Positions 10,215 through 19,633 of a stretch of DNA of 64,000 bases are shown here, one piece after another (the stretch's first letter is position 1; each line of letters opens with the position of its first letter). Position numbers and translations under genes: made by a program. The notes beneath the pieces are model-generated. The model was not told where the DNA came from. It saw only the letters and a program-made list of their open reading frames with translations, and did no database searches. Source of the DNA: Candidatus Microgenomates bacterium (GTDB lineage Bacteria; Patescibacteriota; Microgenomatia; UBA1406; HO2-37-13b); contig JANWIV010000001.1 of the NCBI GenBank assembly GCA_025449735.1, positions 12,654 through 76,653 on the forward strand, read 5' to 3'.

Positions 10215-10931
10215 TCAATTATAGCGCTTCATTTCAAAAAAAAGACGCAAATCACCAACAATTTTTTCACGGATTAAATCAAGGATATTATAATTCGAAG
10301 TTCCCCAAATTCTTGGATAATGAGATACTGGCACCTCAGCGAATGTAGCTCCGGATATTTGAAGTTTTTTTACGAGCTCCGGCAAAATTGATGAATCAGT
10401 ACTATCTAATTTTATTTTTGCAAGCCTCGACTTTCTAATTAGCCTGAAATCGCAATCGACATCGCGGACTGGAAGCTGAAGAATTGTTTTGCTAAATTTA
10501 GCATACAGATTACCTAAGAGAACTCGAATAAAAGCATCTCTTCTGGATTTTTTATATCCATTAACGACATCGACATTAGTCTTCTGCTGTTTTTCTACTA
10601 GGTGCTCCAAATCAGTTTCTAAATGGTACTGAGCGTCGCCATCAGTATAAAAAATCCATTTCTTATTGGCATTTGCAAAACCGTGTTTTATGACCGCATA
10701 ACCTTCCTGATTGCGAGATCTATCAACTATCTTTAGATTTGGATAAATAGACTTCATCTCTTTGATTCTTTGAGTAGTTTTATCCTGGGACCTGCCGCCG
10801 ATAATAGCAATTACCTGCAGATTATCTGTCATTCGTCGTCCGATGCTATATGCCAAGTGAATTTGTCGAGATACAGTTCCTTCATCGTTTAAAAAGGGAA
10901 AAAAAATAGATAAGCTTTCAAGTTTTTTCAT
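10215..10931 (-). CDS. Glycosyltransferase family 2, DPM1/polyprenyl-phosphate sugar synthase-like, soluble form
   Basis: 238 aa. LSIFFPFLNDEG start and YTDGDAQY DxD-type motif. No C-terminal TM helices. Confidence 0.65.
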   Translation of the reverse strand: MKKLESLSIFFPFLNDEGTVSRQIHLAYSIGRRMTDNLQVIAIIGGRSQDKTTQRIKEMKSIYPNLKIVDRSRNQEGYAVIKHGFANANKKWIFYTDGDAQYHLETDLEHLVEKQQKTNVDVVNGYKKSRRDAFIRVLLGNLYAKFSKTILQLPVRDVDCDFRLIRKSRLAKIKLDSTDSSILPELVKKLQISGATFAEVPVSHYPRIWGTSNYNILDLIREKIVGDLRLFFEMKRYN

Positions 10932-12039
10932 AGAAGTTTTTTATTTTTGAGACAATATATTGTACCTCTTTATCGGTCAAATACTCATGAAAAGGCAGGC
11001 TCAGAATATGTTTCGATAAGTATTCCGAATTGGGGAAATTTTTATTTTTTATATTACCAAAAGCCTTAACCTTATTAACTGGATATGGATAGTGGATCAT
11101 GGTCTCAATTCCATTTTTCAATAAGTATTTTTTTAATTGACTGCGTTTTCTCACCGTTAGCGTCATGAGGTGCAATATTGGTACAGACGACTCAATCGAT
11201 TCGAGTAGTCTTGCATTATTGCTCAAGTTTGAATTAAGAATTGCCTTATTATAAATGTAATACAACTGTTTTTTAACCCGCATTACCTGCTTAAAATCTT
11301 TTAGGTATAAATTCAAAATCTCTGCCTGAATTTCTGGTAGGCGACTATGACCGGCAATAAATTGACTACGATAACGAGCCTTCTCACCATATTGTCTGGC
11401 CTTTAAAATATAAGAGTAATATTTTTTATTACCAGTGATAATAGCGCCACCATCGCCAAGCGCCCCCAAATTCTTTGTCGGGTAAAAAGAAAAACAACCC
11501 ATATCTCCAAATGTCCCAAGGTGTTTGCCTTTAAACTTGCTACCGAAAGATTGAGCGCAATCTTCGATTAAAACTAGATTATATTTTTTAGCTATTTTTA
11601 GAATTGACTCAATATCTCCAGCCAAACCATATAAGTGAACCATTATAATCACTTTAGTTTTTTTAGTTATTTTCTTTTCCACCTCAAAAGGATCAAGCTG
11701 GCCATTAATATCAACGTCGACGGGGACTGGTTTTCCAGAAGACAGAAAAACTGGGAAAGCAGTTGGATAGGCGTTGGCAGGAAATATGATTTCGTCATCA
11801 CTCTTTAAATCAAGAGCATTTAGTGCCATAAGAAGTGCATCATGTCCTGAGGCGACCGCAATTGCTGAACTGGCAAACATTGTTGATAATTTTCTTTCGA
11901 GACTTATTACCTTATTGCCGTTTAAAAAAACTCCTCGATCAATTATCGAACTTACGCTGCTTAATATTTCTTTCCTATATTTTTTTGCTTTAAGTCGAGT
12001 TGAAGAAAAAGGAATCGCTGGCAGAGTTTTTTGAGTCAT
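10918..12039 (-). CDS. DegT/DnrJ/EryC1/StrS-family sugar aminotransferase
   Basis: GHDALLMALNAL and FSFYPTKNLGALGDGGAIIT (PLP-lysine region). I moved the start to ATG 12039 (MTQKTLPAIPF), which removes the 46-nt overlap of the longer track ORF. Confidence 0.8.
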   Translation of the reverse strand: MTQKTLPAIPFSSTRLKAKKYRKEILSSVSSIIDRGVFLNGNKVISLERKLSTMFASSAIAVASGHDALLMALNALDLKSDDEIIFPANAYPTAFPVFLSSGKPVPVDVDINGQLDPFEVEKKITKKTKVIIMVHLYGLAGDIESILKIAKKYNLVLIEDCAQSFGSKFKGKHLGTFGDMGCFSFYPTKNLGALGDGGAIITGNKKYYSYILKARQYGEKARYRSQFIAGHSRLPEIQAEILNLYLKDFKQVMRVKKQLYYIYNKAILNSNLSNNARLLESIESSVPILHLMTLTVRKRSQLKKYLLKNGIETMIHYPYPVNKVKAFGNIKNKNFPNSEYLSKHILSLPFHEYLTDKEVQYIVSKIKNFYEKT

Positions 12040-12044
12040 ACTAT

Positions 12045-12593
12045 TTAATCTCGTTTTGGTTTCCAAAAATCGCGACCCAAAGAATCCCAAGGAATTCTTT
12101 TTTCGTCGGCTTTTTTTAAATTAAATTGTTGATTGACAAAGACATAAAGCTCAACTGGTTTGCTCGTAAAAATTGCCGAACCATGTGCTACCCCTTTTGG
12201 AATATAAAGCATATGAGCACTGCCGCCACCAAGGACCACTCTCATCGTCTTGCCGACTGAAGGCGACTTCGTTCTTACATCCCACAAACCCGCCAATAGG
12301 TGGTCAAGCGGACTAACATACCAAATTTCATCTTGGCGATAATGAAGATGCCAAGCTTTAATAGAGCCGGGGATAAGTGTTGTTCGATTAATTTGGGCCA
12401 GTTTAAAACCCTTTATATTTTCAAGATTGCCGTTTTTTATTCGTAGTATTTCGGAGAAATCACCCTCTTCTGCAGGAATGTTTTTCAAATCGATTATTCT
12501 TACTCCTTCAATATTTTCTTGTTCACTATAATCAGCCGGGTAAATTAATTTAGAAGCATCAAGAACAATATCTTTGGCAGTAAGGTTTTTCAT
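12045..12593 (-). CDS. RmlC-like cupin (NDP-4-keto-6-deoxyhexose 3,5-epimerase family)
   Basis: 182 aa. AWHLHYRQDEIWYV, LYIPKGVAHG and RIPWDS correspond to the RmlC core motifs. Confidence 0.65.
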   Translation of the reverse strand: MKNLTAKDIVLDASKLIYPADYSEQENIEGVRIIDLKNIPAEEGDFSEILRIKNGNLENIKGFKLAQINRTTLIPGSIKAWHLHYRQDEIWYVSPLDHLLAGLWDVRTKSPSVGKTMRVVLGGGSAHMLYIPKGVAHGSAIFTSKPVELYVFVNQQFNLKKADEKRIPWDSLGRDFWKPKRD

Positions 12594-12627
12594 CAGAGCT
12601 CCATTGTATCAAATTACGCGCCATATG

Positions 12628-14415
12628 TCAGTTATTATTGTTAGCATCAACTCTTTGCCATAATGAGTAGCCATTATCCCTCATTATAAGTGTAAAGTTG
12701 AGATGTTTAAGAATGGACTCTGAATCCAAACTATACTTTTGGTAATCTCTTAAAATAGCATAGCTTATATTTTTAAATTCGAGACTTTCTTCCGCTTTGT
12801 CAAAATCAATTTCGTTTAATATTTTTGCTCGGTCCGTTGTTTTTACGTCTATTAATCTGCCAAGTGGACCAAATAAAGCATCGTTTTGAATAGTTGAGAA
12901 AGCAACCTCTGGAACTCTCCCGGCATATAAACTAAATATCGAATGTCCATGCAAGCTCATTACCCGAGTGGACCAAACGCTATTAGCAAAACCAAAATTT
13001 TTAATTCCGTCGCGAACAGTAAACGGTATTTCGAGGAGCGGTCCTTCCTGATGATGCAGTAATAAAGAGTATATTTTGGTGGGCAAAACAATTGTTTCAA
13101 CGGGAGCCGGTTTTACTGATTGATCAATAAGTACAGCAGCTAACAGCAATAAAGCTATAGTAATTTTTTTTAACCGGGTAGTTTTTTTTGTTAGATATGA
13201 TAGTACATACGCTAAAATAATTGAAAGTAGGAAAATTACCGGCGCAATAAATCTACCCGGAGCTCTTGCCATTTGAACAAATGGCAATCGGTATAAAAAT
13301 TGATATGGAAGATCAATAAACGTGGTTTTGCCAATAAATCTTAGGAATGGGCCTAATGTAAAAATGTAAAGAAATATTGAACTAGCAAAAATAGCCTTTA
13401 AAAAAAGGGGCAACTTATTTCTAATCTTAAGATACAAAATGCTTGTGCTAATTAATGCAACTCCGAGGTATGAATAAATTTCAAACCGGGGACGAAAACT
13501 CAATACATCTGACAACGGCAAGATGATGGAAGCATAAAAAGGATTGCGGACTGGCCAAAGTATACTAATCAGATCGGCTGAAAGCAAAACACTGTCAGTA
13601 ACTGGCCGAGCTTCCGCATAACCGTTAAAGTAAAGTGATTCGATAACTTTTACAACCCAAGGTAATAATAACAAGCAAGAGAACCAGACAGCCCAAACAA
13701 TATGTCTATAATTTCCTTTAACGATAGTTATAATTTTCTTTCTTTCGAAGACAAGTCCTATTGTCGTAACTAGTCCAATCATCAACCCGATCATAATCGT
13801 AAAATATAAATTTGTTAGTGGGCAAAGGGCCAGATTTACTCCAAGCAAACTCGAATACAAAAATTTTATCGACGGTCTCTTTTCTTTTGAAAGTAATATA
13901 AAAAATAAGGCCGGTAATGAAAAAAGATAAAGCGCTACATAAGTGGGATGCCCCCAGATTCGATACGAAACAAATGGAGTGAAACCGTAAACCGCTCCTG
14001 TGATAAATGACACTAATCGATCGTGATCAAGTACACGAGCCAACAAATACATACTAAAACTGGATAAAATAACACTCAGTATTACAATTAGCATAAATGC
14101 TTGATGTATTGAAAGAAACGGTCGCAATAATAAAAAGTAAAAACCATTAATCGGAGCGACATCGTCTGGGGCAAAATTCCATCCATAAGGGTTCAGTACT
14201 TCAGGTATTTCGGAGAAAGGATTTTTTAGAGAAATAATATTTTGATATACAGTCTCAGCAACAAATTCATAGACATGACTTTCCCCTTGAGCCGTTAGTA
14301 TGTCAGCTGGATCTTGATAAATAACCTGTTGCCAAATTTGACCGTAGAAAATAAAACTAATAAGTAAATATCCAAGGGTAACAATTAATATTGGGAACCA
14401 ATTAATTTTTTTCAT
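12628..14415 (-). CDS. Polytopic membrane protein, paralog family B, tail-less member
   Basis: NPFSEIPEVLNPYGWNFAPDDVAPINGFYFLLLRPF and LLEIPFTVRDGIKNFG. It ends after DNGYSLWQR, where paralogs continue into the C-terminal module. The track start at 14421 is TTG, so I prefer ATG 14415 (MKKINWFP). Confidence 0.6.
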   Translation of the reverse strand: MKKINWFPILIVTLGYLLISFIFYGQIWQQVIYQDPADILTAQGESHVYEFVAETVYQNIISLKNPFSEIPEVLNPYGWNFAPDDVAPINGFYFLLLRPFLSIHQAFMLIVILSVILSSFSMYLLARVLDHDRLVSFITGAVYGFTPFVSYRIWGHPTYVALYLFSLPALFFILLSKEKRPSIKFLYSSLLGVNLALCPLTNLYFTIMIGLMIGLVTTIGLVFERKKIITIVKGNYRHIVWAVWFSCLLLLPWVVKVIESLYFNGYAEARPVTDSVLLSADLISILWPVRNPFYASIILPLSDVLSFRPRFEIYSYLGVALISTSILYLKIRNKLPLFLKAIFASSIFLYIFTLGPFLRFIGKTTFIDLPYQFLYRLPFVQMARAPGRFIAPVIFLLSIILAYVLSYLTKKTTRLKKITIALLLLAAVLIDQSVKPAPVETIVLPTKIYSLLLHHQEGPLLEIPFTVRDGIKNFGFANSVWSTRVMSLHGHSIFSLYAGRVPEVAFSTIQNDALFGPLGRLIDVKTTDRAKILNEIDFDKAEESLEFKNISYAILRDYQKYSLDSESILKHLNFTLIMRDNGYSLWQRVDANNNN

Positions 14416-14426
14416 AGACAATAAGC

Positions 14427-14432
14427 TATAAT
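14427..14432 (+). promoter_or_regulatory. -10 box TATAAT, 9 nt upstream of ATG 14442
   Basis: gctataattgcctccatATG. The divergent gap to the family B gene start (14415) is only 26 bp. Confidence 0.4.
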
Positions 14433-14441
14433 TGCCTCCAT

Positions 14442-15176
14442 ATGAAGCAAAATGAATATTACACTATGTTTGCCGTTGAAGATAGTCATTTTTGGTATCG
14501 AGGAATGAAACAAATCACCAGCACTCTTATCAAAAGCAATTTTAAAAAAAATCAGAAATATAAAATCCTTGATGCTGGCTGTGGTACTGGCGCTGGCATG
14601 ATAGCACTTTCAAAATTTGGCGAAGTTGCAGGTGTTGACTATTCGCCTCTCGCGATTGAACTTTGCAAAAAAAGGGGACTCAAAAAAGTTTCTGTTGCCA
14701 GTATCGAAAAATTGCCTTTCAAAAACTCCTCATTCGATCTAGTCATTTCCTCTGATGTGTTGGGCCAAATGGAAGTAAATCAGGATATGACGGCAATTAA
14801 TGAATTCTATCGAGTGCTAAAACCTGAGGGAATTTTGATTTTGCGAACCGCTGCTTTCAATTGGCTATACAGCTATCATGACCGTGCGGTCCATACTAAA
14901 CATCGCTATACAGATAATGAACTCAAAGCGCTTCTTAAGAAAGGCAAATTTAAAATAATAAAAACTACCTATGCGAATATGTTTCTCTTTCCAATATCCT
15001 TTATTCTAAGAATAGCCAGTAACTTTTTGAAGATTGAACCAAAAAACTCTGATGTCAAACCCTTGAATCCCATTATCAATCAGCTTTTTTATTTTCCTTT
15101 TTTTATTGAAAACCAACTTATTAAAAGGGGCTCTCTTCCTTTTGGCTTATCGATCATCATGGTAGGTAAAAAATAA
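14442..15176 (+). CDS. Class I SAM-dependent methyltransferase
   Basis: 244 aa. Motif I ILDAGCGTGAG. Confidence 0.8.
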   Translation: MKQNEYYTMFAVEDSHFWYRGMKQITSTLIKSNFKKNQKYKILDAGCGTGAGMIALSKFGEVAGVDYSPLAIELCKKRGLKKVSVASIEKLPFKNSSFDLVISSDVLGQMEVNQDMTAINEFYRVLKPEGILILRTAAFNWLYSYHDRAVHTKHRYTDNELKALLKKGKFKIIKTTYANMFLFPISFILRIASNFLKIEPKNSDVKPLNPIINQLFYFPFFIENQLIKRGSLPFGLSIIMVGKK

Positions 15177-15183
15177 AGGTAAA

Positions 15184-17388
15184 TTATTCCAGTCTCATCT
15201 TTCTCACATTTGCTGATAAAGCTCGATTGTCAAAACCTTGCCCATACTCAGAGGGCTTGTATGATGAGGAAAATTCAAAGGTAATGCTGTGGATGCCGGG
15301 TAGTACCTTAATAGGAATCCGGAATTCCTGCCAATTTTCTGTTAATTTAATTGTCGCCATCTTTTGATTATCAACCTTCACTGTCATTGCTTGAGGGGTT
15401 TGGAAAGTTATCGCTTCGATTATAAGACTTCTTGTGATATGTTTATTTATGAGCCGAACGCTAGCCAGCTTATCAACGATCCAACGGTGATCACCCTCAT
15501 TCACACCCCAACCATCAACTAATAGAGAATCGACATATTGGCTCTCAGCAAAGTCGATTTGGGATAAATCCTCAACGTTATTAAGAAGACACTTGTCACT
15601 GATACATAGAGAACCTAATTTATAGTAATTATTCTCCCAAACTACCTTATTAAAAAGTAGGTTGCTAGGAATAATATACTTTACTACTTTTGAAATCAAA
15701 ACAAGATCATCATCCTTAATTTTATTATTACTCTGTGCATATTCGAGACTAGTGATGAAATTGACCTTATCGCCTAAGAAGTACTCCGCCCAAAGCTCTT
15801 TCCAAATTGGCAAATCGGGGTTAAATATTTGTTCTGAATAAATAATTGAGTCTTCAGTGAGTTTTGGCATGTCAGACAGAATAGTCATCCAGCGATCAAC
15901 TGCTAAATTTTCACGCCAGTAGCGCTTCATCAGCAATCCATTATTGATGAAACTTATCCAAACAATTACCACCAAAATATAAGGAATTAAATGTTTTTTT
16001 GACTGTAATAAACTTACTAAGCCAATCATAAGTAAGGTTATGAGAATTGGTGCCCCATAAGAAACCGCTCGATCATAAAACCAGAAATTGGGCCGCACCA
16101 AGCTTAGGAGCAGGATGAAAAAACCATAGGTAGCAACAAAACTACTCATAAGAATATTATTGTTAGACTTTTTGGCACCATACAATATCATTCCAATTAC
16201 TCCCAGGCTTAAAATTATGGAAATAATTATTGGTAGTGATGGCAAACTATGGATGCTATATAAGCCTGTCATCTCAAATGGACTGATAAAGGAGCTACCT
16301 GATTGACGAAACGCCTGCCAACCTACCTCCGCGTTAAAGTCACCGGTTCGATAAAATATCGCAAAACGTATTGAATGAATAATCGCTGGCCAAGCCAGTA
16401 AGAAAGTTAAAAAAAGAGATTTAGAATAGGCTACGGTCCACACTAAACTTTTTTGCTTTGAGAAAATATGAAATAAGGCAATAATCCCTATTGGGATTAA
16501 TATAAATACTGCCGCTTCATGATATGAAAAAAATATCACTGAAAGGACTACTGAAATTAAAAAGTCATGACGATTAAATATAAGGCTTACTTTTTCCTGC
16601 TTTTTAAGGATCTTCTCATAACTGATAAGCAGAATAGTAACCAGGAGTGACAACCCGAGGAAAATAATTTGTCCGATAAAGTTGTGATAAAGATAATAGA
16701 TAATATTAACATTAGTTCCTACTAAAATTGCTGTTACTATTGCGACGAAGTTATTCTTTTCTCGATTTAATAAATTAAACAGAATATAAATCAGCGGCAT
16801 CGCCGCTGCAAAAAGCACCGTCTGAATTATTGTCAGGAGTTGATAACCAGCAAGACCTAACAACTGTTGAAAAAATGCCATCAAGACTGATGGGCCAACA
16901 CGCCACCCAAAAGAAAATAAAGTATGGACTTCAAAGTTAGTTTGCTCCTCAAAGGCTTGGCGCACCGAATGAGTCAAAAGATAATCAGGGACGGCGGCAA
17001 ATGCCTTAGCATCATTTCCTCCTAGTGAAAGTGTGGTTAAGAATCGTTGCTGTAATAACATTGGCAGCAGATTAAGCAAAACTAATACTAAAGCAAGGGC
17101 GAAAATAATCTTGGTAGACAAATCGACTTTCGGCAATCCAAACTTTACAATTACGTAGATTGAGCTCAAAATCATGGTTGTTGTCAAGATGATTACAATC
17201 AACTTCGTACTTAAACCGAGACTACCTAAAATAACCATCGAAAAAATGACAGCAATAACTGTTACCCAGGGCGAGATCGGTAATGAATACGGTTGTAATT
17301 TTTTCGGTAATAAGAGTCGACTAATACCGTAACCTAAGAAATAAAATACGAAAAATAGAATCACTGGATAAATGATTGCAGATTCCAT
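15184..17388 (-). CDS. Polytopic membrane protein, paralog family A, with C-terminal module
   Basis: 734 aa. LGGNDAKAFAAVPDYL and FGWRVG motifs. Tail DGWGVNEGDHRW...DNRALSANV. Confidence 0.6.
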   Translation of the reverse strand: MESAIIYPVILFFVFYFLGYGISRLLLPKKLQPYSLPISPWVTVIAVIFSMVILGSLGLSTKLIVIILTTTMILSSIYVIVKFGLPKVDLSTKIIFALALVLVLLNLLPMLLQQRFLTTLSLGGNDAKAFAAVPDYLLTHSVRQAFEEQTNFEVHTLFSFGWRVGPSVLMAFFQQLLGLAGYQLLTIIQTVLFAAAMPLIYILFNLLNREKNNFVAIVTAILVGTNVNIIYYLYHNFIGQIIFLGLSLLVTILLISYEKILKKQEKVSLIFNRHDFLISVVLSVIFFSYHEAAVFILIPIGIIALFHIFSKQKSLVWTVAYSKSLFLTFLLAWPAIIHSIRFAIFYRTGDFNAEVGWQAFRQSGSSFISPFEMTGLYSIHSLPSLPIIISIILSLGVIGMILYGAKKSNNNILMSSFVATYGFFILLLSLVRPNFWFYDRAVSYGAPILITLLMIGLVSLLQSKKHLIPYILVVIVWISFINNGLLMKRYWRENLAVDRWMTILSDMPKLTEDSIIYSEQIFNPDLPIWKELWAEYFLGDKVNFITSLEYAQSNNKIKDDDLVLISKVVKYIIPSNLLFNKVVWENNYYKLGSLCISDKCLLNNVEDLSQIDFAESQYVDSLLVDGWGVNEGDHRWIVDKLASVRLINKHITRSLIIEAITFQTPQAMTVKVDNQKMATIKLTENWQEFRIPIKVLPGIHSITFEFSSSYKPSEYGQGFDNRALSANVRKMRLE

Positions 17389-17390
17389 GA

Positions 17391-19631
17391 TTATTTTGAA
17401 TCCAACAACTCGATAAATTCAAATTCAGCGGCAGTCAACCCATCGTCATTAACCGAATCAAAAAAGAAATGAATCTCATTGATTCCTGGATTTAGTTTGT
17501 TGTTAGTATCAATTTTATAGCTACTGTTTTTAGGCGTTAATAATAATTGACCGATATTTTTTTTATTGACATCTATTGAGACGGATTTTGGCCTTTCAAC
17601 ATGCGTTATAAAACGTAGAGTCATATCTCGCTTTTTTGTTAACTTCATCATTACTGAGGCCTTTTTTTCGGCCAATCGAAATTGCCCCTCTTTTTCCTGC
17701 CATCCCATGCCTAAATAGGTCACTAAATTAGGCGTATCAAAATCAACTTTCAAAAACTCCCGATTTTTAGGAGGCCTCATCAGCAAGGAAAATCGCCCGT
17801 CAGTCATCATTTCCTTAAAACCAAGGTCTATTAGCGTTTTGCTAACCGTGTCAGAATAAATTTCTTTGTTATCAACAATGACGTATTTAATATCAAGGAA
17901 ATCAATAACCAATAAGGCGCTCTGTTTGTCCAGAGTTGACCATTTTGATAGCTCCTTTTGATCGATAATTGGATTTTTAGAAACATTTGAGTCCATAGCT
18001 CGACCAAGATAGCCAAGAAACGGATTGCGATAATAATAGGCCCGTTTATAATCGGCGATTCTCCCGGTGTAACCACCGATTATTGGTTTACCATGATAAG
18101 ATTCGCCGACAATGCCGGATACGGCATCTTCATCACCAAAATAGGTAAAGCCATCGCGTACTGTGAAAGGAATTTCCATCACCGTTGAAAAAGAAGGGTC
18201 TTTGGCAATAGTTTCGTAGATTTTGTATGGATAGTCGACATCTGGAGGTGTTAAATTACTTACATAGCGTTGATCAAAAATAAATACTAAAAGCAGTGCA
18301 CCAAAAAACAAGCTACGAAAAAAGCTCGATCGCTTTCTGATTAAATATTCAAAAACATATGCAACGGTAATATATGCAAAGAAAATAAATGCGACGACCA
18401 GTCGACCTGGCACACGAATATTTTCGAAAAGTGGTATAAAATGAAGCAAAACATAAGGCATTGGAATAACTAATTTAATAGTGTCATCTAAATAGTAACC
18501 GCCTCTTCCAAATACATGCAGAAATGGTCCCAATGTCAGCACAAAAAAAACAATCGTAACAAAAAAGAATGGCTGAGATGGTTTCATTTTTACCCTGTGG
18601 CCTTTTTTTAAATGAAGGATTGAGTAAAGTACAAGCCCAATGAGAATAATTAATCCCGGATAAACAAAGTTTTCAAAGGCACCTTCGGCAAAATGAGCAT
18701 AAGTTTTAACTATTTTTTCATACAAATCCGGATAATAATTATTTATGTAGTGATTGTAGCCACTAGGTACAAGAAAGGAAAATAAGTCAGCCGAAAAATC
18801 AATCGCCCCACCCCAACCAGGTAAGCGCGGAATGCTCTCAAACTTTATCCCCTCATAAACTCCTTTGATCCAGGGAATAAGAAGAAGAATTATAAAAAGG
18901 ACCGTCCTTAATAAGTCGAGCCACCTTTCCTTTAATTTAATAAACAATTGCTTTTTTGCAATCGTTAAGTAATAAATAAGGAAGGCTCCAATCGATATTA
19001 CAATCATGATGAAATAGTAAAAATTAGTCCAAAGAGATAAAGCAAAAAAAACTGCCGCTCCAAGTCCACTCACAATTCTTGTTGATGCCTCCTTTGAGAT
19101 GAGTAGTGAATAGCCACACAAATAAAACCAAGGGAAAACATAGATCATGAAATAGTTCAGATGCCCTTGCCTGACTGCCAAAAAAGTCATATAGCCAAAG
19201 GCGAGTGCTATTATAAAAGACACCATTTTACTTATCTGAAATTTCCTCAGTAACAAATACATACCAATATTTGCCATCAGCTGACTGAGCGCCATGATAA
19301 TTGAGAAGCTAGTATAGGATGAGAAGAAAGGTCTCAAAGGAAGATAAAACAATCCATTACCAGCATCAGTTAAACCAATTTGCAGCCGAAAAGGATAGAG
19401 CATACCAGTATAAAAACCAAAGGGATTTTGTCCAGCAACGATTGCCTCATAAAATTTATTTGTTAACCATTCATAAACTCTAACCTCCCCCCAAATAGAC
19501 CCGTTTGTTGAGCTGTCAAAAAAAATCTGACTCCAAAAAAGGCTGCCATTAAACCAGAAGCTAAAAAAGAGAAAGCCAAACAATACAAACCAAATTGATC
19601 TTTTATCTATGTATTCGCTAATTTTTATCAT
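17391..19631 (-). CDS. Polytopic membrane protein, paralog family B, with C-terminal module
   Basis: 746 aa. NPFGFYTGMLYPFRLQIGLTDAGNGLFYLPLRPF and VMEIPFTVRDGFTYFGD. Tail GMGWQEKEGQFRL... Confidence 0.6.
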   Translation of the reverse strand: MIKISEYIDKRSIWFVLFGFLFFSFWFNGSLFWSQIFFDSSTNGSIWGEVRVYEWLTNKFYEAIVAGQNPFGFYTGMLYPFRLQIGLTDAGNGLFYLPLRPFFSSYTSFSIIMALSQLMANIGMYLLLRKFQISKMVSFIIALAFGYMTFLAVRQGHLNYFMIYVFPWFYLCGYSLLISKEASTRIVSGLGAAVFFALSLWTNFYYFIMIVISIGAFLIYYLTIAKKQLFIKLKERWLDLLRTVLFIILLLIPWIKGVYEGIKFESIPRLPGWGGAIDFSADLFSFLVPSGYNHYINNYYPDLYEKIVKTYAHFAEGAFENFVYPGLIILIGLVLYSILHLKKGHRVKMKPSQPFFFVTIVFFVLTLGPFLHVFGRGGYYLDDTIKLVIPMPYVLLHFIPLFENIRVPGRLVVAFIFFAYITVAYVFEYLIRKRSSFFRSLFFGALLLVFIFDQRYVSNLTPPDVDYPYKIYETIAKDPSFSTVMEIPFTVRDGFTYFGDEDAVSGIVGESYHGKPIIGGYTGRIADYKRAYYYRNPFLGYLGRAMDSNVSKNPIIDQKELSKWSTLDKQSALLVIDFLDIKYVIVDNKEIYSDTVSKTLIDLGFKEMMTDGRFSLLMRPPKNREFLKVDFDTPNLVTYLGMGWQEKEGQFRLAEKKASVMMKLTKKRDMTLRFITHVERPKSVSIDVNKKNIGQLLLTPKNSSYKIDTNNKLNPGINEIHFFFDSVNDDGLTAAEFEFIELLDSK

Positions 19632-19633
19632 TA